DNA of 64,000 bases from Deltaproteobacteria bacterium (GTDB lineage: Bacteria > Desulfobacterota > Deferrimicrobia > Deferrimicrobiales > Deferrimicrobiaceae): contig JBBIVQ010000002.1 of the NCBI GenBank assembly GCA_037439645.1, positions 2,282-66,281 on the forward strand, given 5' to 3'. The stretch's first letter is position 1. Every line of letters starts with the position of its first letter. The notes under the pieces are model-generated. The model searched no databases. It saw nothing but the letters and a program-made list of their open reading frames with translations, and had not been told where the DNA came from. The translations under genes and the position numbers were made by a program. Shown in pieces: positions 9,588-17,740 of this stretch.

Positions 9588-10618
9588 CCAGAACCGGGAC
9601 GTTGCAAAAACTCCCCCGGAAATGGGACAGACATGCACGTTATTTTCCCGCGACCTTTCTTTCTGACCTCAAGAGATACGCCGCTGCCTTCTCCGTGATT
9701 CCGACCCATTGGGCCAATTGGACGACGGATACCGTGAGCTCCGACTTGCATGCCTTCAAGACCTCTCTCCGGACCTGGACTGCGTGGTAGTTTCTCTTGC
9801 CGCCGACGACATCTTCCACCGGCACACCATGCGATGCGGCAAGTCGATGGAGAGTCCTGGTAAAAATATCGCGGGGCCCCGCCATAACACCCCCGGAATC
9901 CTCCCCCACCTCGGAAGCGTTTTGCATTGAAACAATAACGCCCTCCCCGGGATGATCGGGGGATGGAAATTGAATGTGATCGCGGTAGGCGGATACCCAG
10001 CGGGATCCACCATCGATATCATGAAACTCGGTCTGTAGCAGTTCGATATCCTGCCATTCCGGGGGGCCGCCATGAAGGATTTTCCGGTGCCCGGTCCACG
10101 GATACTCCTCCAGTTCGGCGATCGATCGTACGATTTTCGCACGGAGGGGGTTGAGATGGATGTACTTAACGACATCGAATAAATATCGGGGTTTGTCTAC
10201 GATCGGCGACTTGTAACGGTTTTGGAAGAGATGTCCTACCCGGTTGTGTCGTTCATTGAAAAATTTGGAATATCCCGTCAACAGACACTGCATGAAAGAA
10301 ACGAGCGAACCTCGATCGCTTTGTAATAACAAGTGAAAATGGTTTGGCATGAGAGACCAGGCAGCGCATTTCATCCCCCACTTTGGCAGGTTCGTGCCGA
10401 CCCGGTGCAGGAAGGAATCGCGGTCGATATCGTCGAAAAAGATGTTTCGCTTTTCGATCCCTCGCGCGTAAACGTGATGGATCGCGCCCACAAAGTCTAT
10501 CCTTGGTCCTCTTGGCACGCCGGGGAAAATTCAAATATCGGGCCAAGGGCAATTGCAGCAGCCGGTGGGCCAAGACTGTCCCGGTTCCGGGGGAGTTTTA
10601 GGAACGTCCCGGTTCTGG
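9588..10618. mobile_element. Element B: RAYT gene enclosed by an inverted pair of the same ~45-bp arms
   Basis: Left arm CCAGAACCGGGACGTTGCAAAAACTCCCCCGGAAATGGGACA (+, 9588) and right arm CCAGAACCGGGACGTTCCTAAAACTCCCCCGGAACCGGGACA (-, 10618); interior visibly AT-richer than host genes. Confidence 0.85.
9640..10518 (-). CDS. REP-associated tyrosine transposase (RAYT, HUH/Y1 family) with an extra C-terminal helical/HTH-like domain
   Basis: HHVYARG..K..IF, LMPNHFHLL (HUH), GHLFQNRYKS, YIHLNP (catalytic Tyr), YPWTG; 292 aa, about twice IS200 TnpA; no tnpB adjacent; GTG start. Confidence 0.9.
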   Translation of the reverse strand: MPRGPRIDFVGAIHHVYARGIEKRNIFFDDIDRDSFLHRVGTNLPKWGMKCAAWSLMPNHFHLLLQSDRGSLVSFMQCLLTGYSKFFNERHNRVGHLFQNRYKSPIVDKPRYLFDVVKYIHLNPLRAKIVRSIAELEEYPWTGHRKILHGGPPEWQDIELLQTEFHDIDGGSRWVSAYRDHIQFPSPDHPGEGVIVSMQNASEVGEDSGGVMAGPRDIFTRTLHRLAASHGVPVEDVVGGKRNYHAVQVRREVLKACKSELTVSVVQLAQWVGITEKAAAYLLRSERKVAGK

Positions 10619-11584
10619 GGTCGGTGGTGGGGCTGGTTGAGGGGTGGATCGAAACCAGTCGAACGTTTGCGCGAGGCCCTCGGAGAAGGAGACCTTCGGA
10701 TCGTAGCCGATGAGGTCCCTGGCGAGGCAGATGTCGGCCAGCGAGTCGCGCACGTCTCCCAAGCGGGCCGGCTCGAACTTCGGAGGTACGCGCTTCTCGG
10801 CAAGCCGGTAAACGACGTCGAGGATGTCGAGGAGCGATACCCGCTCGCCGCAGGCGATGTTGACGACCTTTCCGCATGCGGTCTTCGGGGCGAAGCAGGC
10901 CGCGAGGTTGGCCTGGATCACATTGTCGATGAAGGTGAAGTCGCGCGTCTGGCCGCCGTCGCCGTAGACGGTGGGCGGCACCCCTTGCAGCACCGTTGTG
11001 ATGAACCGGGGGATGACCGCTGCATACGTCGACTTAGGGTCCTGCCGCGGCCCGAACACGTTGAAGTAGCGAAGACAGACGGTCTCCAGTCCATAAATCT
11101 CGTGAAAGACCCGCATGTAATGCTCGCCAGCGAGCTTCTGCAATGCGTACGGCGATTTCGGGTTCGGGGGCATCGACTCCCGCTTGGGGAGCTGGGGGGT
11201 GTCGCCGTAGGCGGAAGAGGAAGCGGCGAAGACGACGCGCCGGACGCCGGCGTCACGGGCGGCGACGAGCAGATTCACCGTTCCCGACACGTTGATCTCG
11301 TTGGAGAGAACCGGGTCGGCTACGGAGCGCGGAACCGAGGGGAGCGCCCCCTCATGGAAGATATACTCGACGCCCGCCGTCGCCCTGCGGACGGTTTCGG
11401 GGTTCCTCAGGTCGCCCTCGATCAGCTCGAACCCGCCGCCGTACCGCTGTGCCAGTCCGTCGAGGTTTTCCCGTTTCCCCGTGAGGAAGTTGTCGAGGAC
11501 ACGAACAGTCCCGCCCGCGGCCAACAGCGCCCGCGTCAGGTTCGACCCGATGAACCCCGCCCCCCCGGTCACCAGATATTTCAT
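10598..11584 (-). CDS. NAD-dependent UDP-GlcNAc/GlcNAcA 4-epimerase (WbpP/TviC-like extended SDR)
   Basis: TGGAGFIGS, HEGALPSVPRSVADP, SSSAYG, SPYALQK, LRYFNVFGPRQDP, GDGGQTRDFT; stop lies inside the right arm of element B. Confidence 0.92.
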   Translation of the reverse strand: MKYLVTGGAGFIGSNLTRALLAAGGTVRVLDNFLTGKRENLDGLAQRYGGGFELIEGDLRNPETVRRATAGVEYIFHEGALPSVPRSVADPVLSNEINVSGTVNLLVAARDAGVRRVVFAASSSAYGDTPQLPKRESMPPNPKSPYALQKLAGEHYMRVFHEIYGLETVCLRYFNVFGPRQDPKSTYAAVIPRFITTVLQGVPPTVYGDGGQTRDFTFIDNVIQANLAACFAPKTACGKVVNIACGERVSLLDILDVVYRLAEKRVPPKFEPARLGDVRDSLADICLARDLIGYDPKVSFSEGLAQTFDWFRSTPQPAPPPTPEPGRS

Positions 11585-11627
11585 CGTTCCCGCCATCCAC
11601 CCAGGATTATTCACCCGGAACCGTACC

Positions 11628-11768
11628 CCAGAACCGGGACGTTGCTAAAACTCCCCCAAAAACGGGACAGAGATGAACAATCTGTTCATCGTATTGTTGC
11701 TCGTTCAACAAGGGAACCGGTATCTCTGACCCACTTCCGGGGGAGTTTTAGCAACGTCCCGGTTCTGG
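11628..11768. repeat. REPIN-like element C: inverted arms around a 57-bp unique spacer
   Basis: CCAGAACCGGGACGTTGCTAAAACTCCCCCAAAAACGGGACA (+, 11628) and CCAGAACCGGGACGTTGCTAAAACTCCCCCGGAAGTGGGTCA (-, 11768). Confidence 0.9.
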
Positions 11769-11771
11769 GGG

Positions 11772-13088
11772 TCAGAGTTTTACGATCTTCTTCCCGTTTT
11801 GCCCCTTCAGCGCGTTGCGTGTGTCGACGATCATTCTCGACTCGCGGATGACCATTTTATAGTCGAAGGCGGCGTGGTTCGTCACGATCACCACGCAGTC
11901 GGCTTTCCGCAGCGTCGCGGCGGAAAACGGCGTCGCGGCAAGAGACATCCCCGCCTCCCGCACCTCGGAAACGTACGGGTCGCAGTACGACAGGCGCGCC
12001 CCCTTGTCCGCCAGGAGCTTCAGGATGTCGAGCGCGGGCGACTCCCGCACATCGCTGATGTCCTTCTTGTACGCTACTCCCAGCACCAGCACCTTCGCCC
12101 CGTTGACCGCCTTCCGATCCCGGTTGAGCGCCTCGGCCACCTTTTCGACCGTGTAGTGCGGCATCTGACCGTTCACCACGCCCGCCAGCTCGATGAAGCG
12201 CGACTCGAACCCGAACTGTTTCGCCTTCCACGACAGGTAGAACGGGTCCAGCGGGATGCAGTGCCCGCCGATCCCCGGCCCGGGGTAGAAAGGCATGAAT
12301 CCGAACGGCTTCGTCCCGGCCGCGTCGATCACCTCCCACACGTCGATCCCCATCCGGTTCGCCATGAGCGCGATCTCGTTCACCAGCGCGATGTTCACCG
12401 ACCGGAACGTGTTCTCGAGCAGCTTCACCATCTCTGCCACCGCCGCCGTCGACACCGGATGGACGTGCTCCAGCACGCCGCCGTAGAGCGCCACCGCCAC
12501 CTTCGTGCACGCGGGCGTCACGCCGCCGACCACTTTCGGGATATTCTTCGTTGTGAATTTTGCGTTCCCCGGATCGACCCGCTCCGGCGAGAAGGCGAGG
12601 AAGATGTCCTTCCCCACCTTGAACCCCTTCTCTTCCACCATCGGTCCGAGAACTTCCCGCGTCGTCCCGGGGTACGTCGTGCTCTCGAGGACGATCAACA
12701 TGTCCTTGTGGAGATACTCCAGCAGGTGCTCCATCGCTCCGACGATGTAGGAGAGGTCCGGATCTTTCGTCTTGCGCAGCGGCGTGGGGACGCAGATGTT
12801 GACCGTGTCCGCCATTCCGGCCGCCGAGTAGTCGGTGGTCGGGGTGAAGAGCCCCGCGTCGATCGCACTTCTCACCGCCCCGGACGGGACGTCCCCGATG
12901 TACGACTTCCCGGACCGCAACGCGCGGACCTTGGAACCGTCGATGTCGATGCCGACGACCGGGATCCCCGCGTCGGCGTACTCCATCGCCAGCGGAAGCC
13001 CGACATACCCCATCCCCACGATCGCCGCGGTGAACTCTTTCCGCTTGATGCGGGACAGCAGATCCTTCTCGCTCCGGGTGCCTGCCAT
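11772..13088 (-). CDS. UDP-N-acetyl-D-glucosamine 6-dehydrogenase (WbpA/WbpO/TviB-like)
   Basis: GMGYVGLP, ICVPTP, ESTTYPGTT, FSPERVDPGN, KLLENTFRSVNIAL, GIGGHCIPLDP, GVAYKKDISDVRESP; AGGAGG upstream of ATG 13088. Confidence 0.92.
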   Translation of the reverse strand: MAGTRSEKDLLSRIKRKEFTAAIVGMGYVGLPLAMEYADAGIPVVGIDIDGSKVRALRSGKSYIGDVPSGAVRSAIDAGLFTPTTDYSAAGMADTVNICVPTPLRKTKDPDLSYIVGAMEHLLEYLHKDMLIVLESTTYPGTTREVLGPMVEEKGFKVGKDIFLAFSPERVDPGNAKFTTKNIPKVVGGVTPACTKVAVALYGGVLEHVHPVSTAAVAEMVKLLENTFRSVNIALVNEIALMANRMGIDVWEVIDAAGTKPFGFMPFYPGPGIGGHCIPLDPFYLSWKAKQFGFESRFIELAGVVNGQMPHYTVEKVAEALNRDRKAVNGAKVLVLGVAYKKDISDVRESPALDILKLLADKGARLSYCDPYVSEVREAGMSLAATPFSAATLRKADCVVIVTNHAAFDYKMVIRESRMIVDTRNALKGQNGKKIVKL

Positions 13089-13171
13089 CTTCCTCACGTC
13101 CTCCTTCGCGCGGAACTCCAAACCGGCCGGGCGTCGCCTCGTATTCCTATCGGAACGGACCCGGAGAATGA

Positions 13172-14149
13172 TCAGGCCGATTTCAGCTTTTTCAACTCTG
13201 CGACCATTTCCGGTACCGCCTTGAAGAGATCGGCCACCAGGCCGTAATCCGCCACCTGGAAGATGGGGGCCTCCTCGTCCTTGTTGATCGCCACGATCAC
13301 CTTGCTGTCCTTCATCCCCGCAAGGTGCTGGATCGCCCCGCTGATCCCCAGCGCAATGTAGAGCTCCGGCGCGACGATTTTTCCTGTCTGCCCCACCTGC
13401 CAGTCGTTCGGAGCCCACCCCGCGTCCACCGCCGCACGGGACGCGCCGATCGCCGCGTTCAGGAGGTCCGCAAGTTCCTCGACCAGTTTGAAGTTCTCCC
13501 GTGCCTTGATCCCGCGCCCCGCGGAGACGATCGCCCGCGCCTCGGTCAATTCCGGCCGCTCGGATTTCGTCTCCTGCCGGGAAACGAACACCGTGCCCAC
13601 CGCATCGGCCGTAACCGCCACCTTTTCCACGGGGGCCTTCGCACCGGTCGCGAGCGCCGCGTCGAACGCCGTCTGGCGCACCGTGAAGAGGAGCGGGCCG
13701 CCGACGAGCTCGACCGTCCCGATCGCGTTCCCCGCGTACATCGGGCGCTTCACCCGCAGCGCGTCCCCGTCCTTCTCCAACCCGACGATGTCGCTCGCCA
13801 GAGGGGCGTCGAGCAGCCCGGACAGCCGCGGCATGAAATCCTTCCCGAACGTGGAGGCTGGCGCCAACACGGCGCCGTACCCTTGGGCCTTCACCATCTG
13901 CGCCACCGCGCCTGCGCAAGTCACCGCGAGGTATTTTGCGAACGCCGCCCCCTCGCCCAGCAGGACCTTGCGCACGCCCGTGCCTGCGGCGACATCGGCG
14001 ACCGCCGCGGCGCCCTCCGCTCCGAGAACCAGCGCGTCGACCGCGCCACCGAACAGCCCCGCCAGCGCCTTGGCCGCCGATACGACCGACAGCGTGTTCT
14101 TCTTGAAGACCCCTTCCTGATGCTCGACGACTACCAGTATGTCCGCCAT
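13172..14149 (-). CDS. etfA: Electron transfer flavoprotein alpha subunit
   Basis: [70 protein letters not shown]. Confidence 0.97.
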   Translation of the reverse strand: MADILVVVEHQEGVFKKNTLSVVSAAKALAGLFGGAVDALVLGAEGAAAVADVAAGTGVRKVLLGEGAAFAKYLAVTCAGAVAQMVKAQGYGAVLAPASTFGKDFMPRLSGLLDAPLASDIVGLEKDGDALRVKRPMYAGNAIGTVELVGGPLLFTVRQTAFDAALATGAKAPVEKVAVTADAVGTVFVSRQETKSERPELTEARAIVSAGRGIKARENFKLVEELADLLNAAIGASRAAVDAGWAPNDWQVGQTGKIVAPELYIALGISGAIQHLAGMKDSKVIVAINKDEEAPIFQVADYGLVADLFKAVPEMVAELKKLKSA

Positions 14150-14269
14150 GAAATCCTCCGTATCGTTCGTCATGCTTCCGATCGGGACAGATGCGTCAAC
14201 CTGCCCCGCTGTGCCGCCTGCGTATCTCCCTGTTCAGCGCGAGTTCGCAGGAACGTCCCTGTTCAACGA

Positions 14270-15022
14270 TTACAAAACCTTTGCTTCGTTTTTCAGTTTC
14301 GACACCAGCTCCGCGACGTCGGCCACTCGTCCTCCTCCCGCGCGCTGCTTCGGGGCGGCGAACGAGAGCACCTTCACCTTCGGCGCCGTGTCCACGCCCA
14401 GGGACGACACCGGCACGACCTTCAGTTCCTTCTTCTTCGCCTTCATGATGCCGGGGAGCGACGCGTAGCGCGGCTCGTTCAACCGGAGGTCGGTCGTCAC
14501 CACCGCCGGGAGCGCCACCTCGATCGTCTCCAGTCCCCCGTCGACCTCGCGCGTCACGTTCGCCTTCCCGTTGTCCGCCGCGAATTCGATCTTCGATGCG
14601 AAGGTCGCCTGCGGCCAACCGAGCACCGCGGCGAGGATCTGGCCCACCTGGTTGTTGTCGTCGTCCACCGACTGTTTCCCCATCAGCACCAGTTCGGCCT
14701 TCTCGTCGGCGACCACCTTCGCCAACACCTTCGCTACCGCCAGCGAGTCCAGGTCCGTCCCCGCCTCGACCAGCACCGCGCGGTCCGCCCCCATCGCCAG
14801 CGCGGTGCGCACCTGCTGGTCGCCCACTTTCGGACCGACGGTCACGACGACCACTTCGCCGCCCTGTTTCTCCTTGATCCGGAGCGCTTCCTCCACTGCG
14901 ATCTCGCAGAACGGGTTCACCACCATCTTGATGTTCTCGAGGACGATACCGCTCCCGTCTCCCTTGATCTTGACCTTCTCGTCGGGGTTGGGGACCGGCT
15001 TGATGGCGACCAGGATCTTCAC
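14270..15022 (-). CDS. etfB: Electron transfer flavoprotein beta subunit
   Basis: [62 protein letters not shown]; GTG start with GGAGG. Confidence 0.97.
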   Translation of the reverse strand: MKILVAIKPVPNPDEKVKIKGDGSGIVLENIKMVVNPFCEIAVEEALRIKEKQGGEVVVVTVGPKVGDQQVRTALAMGADRAVLVEAGTDLDSLAVAKVLAKVVADEKAELVLMGKQSVDDDNNQVGQILAAVLGWPQATFASKIEFAADNGKANVTREVDGGLETIEVALPAVVTTDLRLNEPRYASLPGIMKAKKKELKVVPVSSLGVDTAPKVKVLSFAAPKQRAGGGRVADVAELVSKLKNEAKVL

Positions 15023-15060
15023 GTTGCACCTCCCATGAAAGTCAACGGTTCAAACGCCAC

Positions 15061-15089
15061 AACATAGCGGAAACGAATGTCAAAGGCAA
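15061..15089 (-). promoter_or_regulatory. Candidate sigma70 promoter for etfBA
   Basis: TTGCCT-N17-TATGTT on the minus strand about 38 nt upstream of the etfB start. Confidence 0.4.
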
Positions 15090-15103
15090 GAATGAACGAT
15101 GGT

Positions 15104-15514
15104 TCAGTTCGAGGCCGTGCGAGGAGCCGGCGAATGTTCGCTTGTGAGAAGAAACGGGAACAGATTCACCGCCACGTTCGAGCAGAGGGCCCCGGCCGCC
15201 CCCCCGGCAAGGTCCGCCATCCAATCGAGGAGTTCCATCGACCGGCCCGGGATCCACTGCTGGTGAAATTCATCGACCGCTCCAAGGAGAGCGATGAAGG
15301 CGACCGCGCAGATCACGGACGCCAGCCGCTCCTTCCCCAACTCCAGCCGCCACAGGGCGCAGAGGAAGCCGGCCACTCCGTAGAAGCCGAAGTGGGCGAC
15401 CTTGTCCACCCCCGGGAACGACGGTCCGAACTCCGGGTTCGGGATCGACGTCAGAGTAAAGGTGAGCGCCACCCACCCCACCAGCAACACAAGGTACAAC
15501 CGTTCCCGCGTCAC
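15104..15514 (-). CDS. VanZ-family membrane protein
   Basis: DKVAHFGFYG, DEFHQQWIPGRS...DWMADLAG; GTG 15514 with GGAGGG. Confidence 0.85.
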   Translation of the reverse strand: MTRERLYLVLLVGWVALTFTLTSIPNPEFGPSFPGVDKVAHFGFYGVAGFLCALWRLELGKERLASVICAVAFIALLGAVDEFHQQWIPGRSMELLDWMADLAGGAAGALCSNVAVNLFPFLLTSEHSPAPRTASN

Positions 15515-15582
15515 TTCCCCCTCCGCCGCAAGACGCCCCGGAACTCCGGGGCGGAACTCCAGACAGCCCCCCGGGACCAGAA

Positions 15583-15726
15583 CCAGAACCGGGACGTTGC
15601 TAAAACTAACCAAGAACCGGGACAGAGATGACAGTTTTTAACCAACGTCGGCGGAAAACCCCCCATGCTTCCGAGTCCTATCTCTGTCCCAGTTCCACCG
15701 TAGTTTTAGCAACGTCCCGGTTCTGG
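15583..15726. repeat. REPIN-like element D: inverted arms around a 60-bp unique spacer
   Basis: CCAGAACCGGGACGTTGCTAAAACTAACCAAGAACCGGGACA (+, 15583) and CCAGAACCGGGACGTTGCTAAAACTACGGTGGAACTGGGACA (-, 15726), flanked by CCAGAA-type tandem units. Confidence 0.9.
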
Positions 15727-15756
15727 TTCGGTTCTGGTTTCGGTTCTGGTCCGGGG

Positions 15757-16557
15757 TCAAGTGGTGATTTTCCGCGCGACGACCAGGAAGGCGGAGTGGG
15801 AGAACATCCACTGTACGGGGCGCACCGAGTTCCCCTTCACGTGCCAGGGGCGCAGGATCACCTCGAACGTCTCCGGCTCCGCGAAGCCGCCCACTTCGAG
15901 GTACCGGTCGCACAGCTGTTTCACCTGGATCGTGGAGGGGAGGTACGACAGGACGATCCCCCCCGGTGCGAGCGCTTCCCGCGCGTGGGGAACCGCCCGC
16001 CACGGCTCGGGCAGATCGAGGACGATCCGGTCCACCTCCCGCTCGTCGATCCCGAGATGGATGTCGCGCACCTTCACCTCGTGGTTGTCGCATTCGCCGA
16101 GATACCGCCTGACCGTGTCCGCGCCGCTCACCGCGAAATCTTCCCGGATCTCGTACGAGACGACCTTCCCCGTCGGACCGACGGCCTCCAGCAGCTTGAT
16201 GGTGAGAGCCCCCCAGCCGATCCCCGCCTCGACGACGGTTGCCCCGGGAAAGATGTCCGCCCACATCAGGATCGTCCCGGTGTCCTTCGGGTAGATGATC
16301 TGCGCGTGGCGCTTCTGGTTCATGATGAACTGCATGTAGGTGGGGCGAAAGACGCGGTATTCGCTCCCCATCGCGGTCCACGCGCGGCCGCCGTCCTCCT
16401 TGCCGATCAGGTCGTCGTGCGGCAGGTTCCCCTTGTGGGTTCCGAACGCCTTCCCCGGCGTGAGCGTGACGAGATGTTCCTCTCCCTTGGGGGAGATGAG
16501 CAGGATGTCCTCCCCCGCCCGGAACGGCCCGCGGTGAACGCGCTTCCCCCCGGTCAT
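15757..16557 (-). CDS. trmI: tRNA (adenine58-N1)-methyltransferase
   Basis: THKG.LPHDDLIG, RP....F.....R.AQIIYPKD, VEAGIGWGALT SAM motif, LDLPEPW; ATGA-coupled to ttuA. Confidence 0.9.
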   Translation of the reverse strand: MTGGKRVHRGPFRAGEDILLISPKGEEHLVTLTPGKAFGTHKGNLPHDDLIGKEDGGRAWTAMGSEYRVFRPTYMQFIMNQKRHAQIIYPKDTGTILMWADIFPGATVVEAGIGWGALTIKLLEAVGPTGKVVSYEIREDFAVSGADTVRRYLGECDNHEVKVRDIHLGIDEREVDRIVLDLPEPWRAVPHAREALAPGGIVLSYLPSTIQVKQLCDRYLEVGGFAEPETFEVILRPWHVKGNSVRPVQWMFSHSAFLVVARKITT

Positions 16558-17534
16558 CGCGCTCCCCTCGCCGCCCGCCGCTCCCGCGCTTCCCGGACGC
16601 GCGACCTCATCCGGCAGAAGGCGCACGTCGACGCGTACGTCGGGGCGCCGCACGATGCGCATGCGCGCGACGCTCCGGCCTCTTCCTCCGCGTCCTCTTC
16701 CGCCCCGCGAGCAACGAACGGCGCCGCCGCCACCGCCCGCTCCCGCAGCGGGTTCGACGGGTCGAGGAACCCCTTGTAGAAGACGATTCGCGTCCCCGGC
16801 ATCCGGTCCTCGATCCGCGACAGCGCTTCCTTGTACGCGAGGGAGGTGGCGTCCTCGCTCATCGGGCACTCTTCGGTCACGTAATCGATCCCCTTCAGGA
16901 AGCCGTACGCCGCCGTCTCGACCTCGCTCACGCGCCAAAGCGGCTTCACCTTGCGCACGAGCCCTCCGTCGCCGCCGGGAAGCGACGGATGCTGCCGCGC
17001 GAGGTGGTCGCGTTGCCAGTGGAGCAGGTTCCCCAACAGCCGCGCCGTCTCGTCGTCGAGGTTGTGCCCGGTGGCCACCACGGAGAACTTCCCCTCCGCG
17101 GCGATCCGGTTGAAGAAGTACCGCTTCACCGTGCCGCAGATGGCGCACTCCTGCATCTTCACGCATCGCGCCGCCTCGGGGATCGGGATCCCCTCCTTCG
17201 CGAGCTCCACGACGATCGGGGTCTTCCCGCGGGACGCCGCGAAGGCGAGGACCTTCTCCCTGGACCGGTCGGAGTACCCGTCGATCCCGAGGTCGATGTG
17301 AAGCCCCTCGGTCTCGTATCCTTCGTCCATCAGGACGTCCCAAAGGACGAGGCTGTCCTTGCCGCCCGACACGCAGACGAGGACGCGGTCCCCCGGGGAG
17401 AGGAGCCGGAGCTTCCGGATCCCCTCCGCCACCTGGCGCCGGAAGAAGACGAAGAAGCAGTCGGGGCAGAAAGCGGAGTGGTGGCTCGGCAGGTCGACCG
17501 CGGCCTCGGCCTTCCGGCAGCGCTTGCATTTCAA
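16554..17534 (-). CDS. ttuA: tRNA 2-thiouridylase, TtuA/Ncs6 family (PP-loop, Fe-S)
   Basis: N-terminal CxxC...H..FCxxC finger, SGGKDS PP-loop, CAIC, GHNLDD, KVKPL, EECP, C-terminal CxxC..CxxC finger; TTG start inferred. Confidence 0.85.
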   Translation of the reverse strand: MKCKRCRKAEAAVDLPSHHSAFCPDCFFVFFRRQVAEGIRKLRLLSPGDRVLVCVSGGKDSLVLWDVLMDEGYETEGLHIDLGIDGYSDRSREKVLAFAASRGKTPIVVELAKEGIPIPEAARCVKMQECAICGTVKRYFFNRIAAEGKFSVVATGHNLDDETARLLGNLLHWQRDHLARQHPSLPGGDGGLVRKVKPLWRVSEVETAAYGFLKGIDYVTEECPMSEDATSLAYKEALSRIEDRMPGTRIVFYKGFLDPSNPLRERAVAAAPFVARGAEEDAEEEAGASRACASCGAPTYASTCAFCRMRSRVREARERRAARGAR

Positions 17535-17542
17535 GGGAGCGG

Positions 17543-17740
17543 TTACCCCCCGGAGACGACGGAGAGGACGTCGATCGTCGCCCCGTCCTCCACACGTTGG
17601 TCCTTCGTGAGGAGGTTCTTCCCCTGGGTGACGATCACGGTCGTGGGGCGCACTCCCGCCTCGGCGAGGATGTCCATTACCCGCCTCGGGCCCCGGACAT
17701 CGATCTCCTTCTTCTTCTGCGGAATGCGGACGCGGATCAT
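17543..17740 (-). CDS. ttuB: Ubiquitin-like sulfur carrier (ThiS/MoaD/TtuB-like)
   Basis: 65 aa, ends VVSGG, immediately upstream of ttuA. Confidence 0.8.
   Translation of the reverse strand: MIRVRIPQKKKEIDVRGPRRVMDILAEAGVRPTTVIVTQGKNLLTKDQRVEDGATIDVLSVVSGG

Noticed and set aside
9640-10518. Classical IS200/IS605 element
   Set aside because: The protein is about twice TnpA length, has RAYT-type NP and YPW motifs, lacks tnpB and is bounded by long inverted arms.
13089-13919. N-terminal extensions in the ORF track (for example 11772..13919, 4859..7054, 7796..9577, 15757..17595, 36495..38600, 44702..46669, 19254..21242)
   Set aside because: The extensions are off-frame readings of neighbouring real genes; true starts were reset using RBS, stop/start overlap and family N-termini.
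7006-15726. CRISPR array interpretation of the repeats (GTTTTAG-like core, unique spacers)
   Set aside because: Copies are inverted pairs kilobases apart, not tandem direct repeats at a regular period; no cas genes in the window.
7006-15726. Integron attC sites
   Set aside because: Ends do not match RYYYAAC...GTTRRRY, there is no integron integrase, and the flanking genes are operonic housekeeping or LPS genes rather than cassettes.
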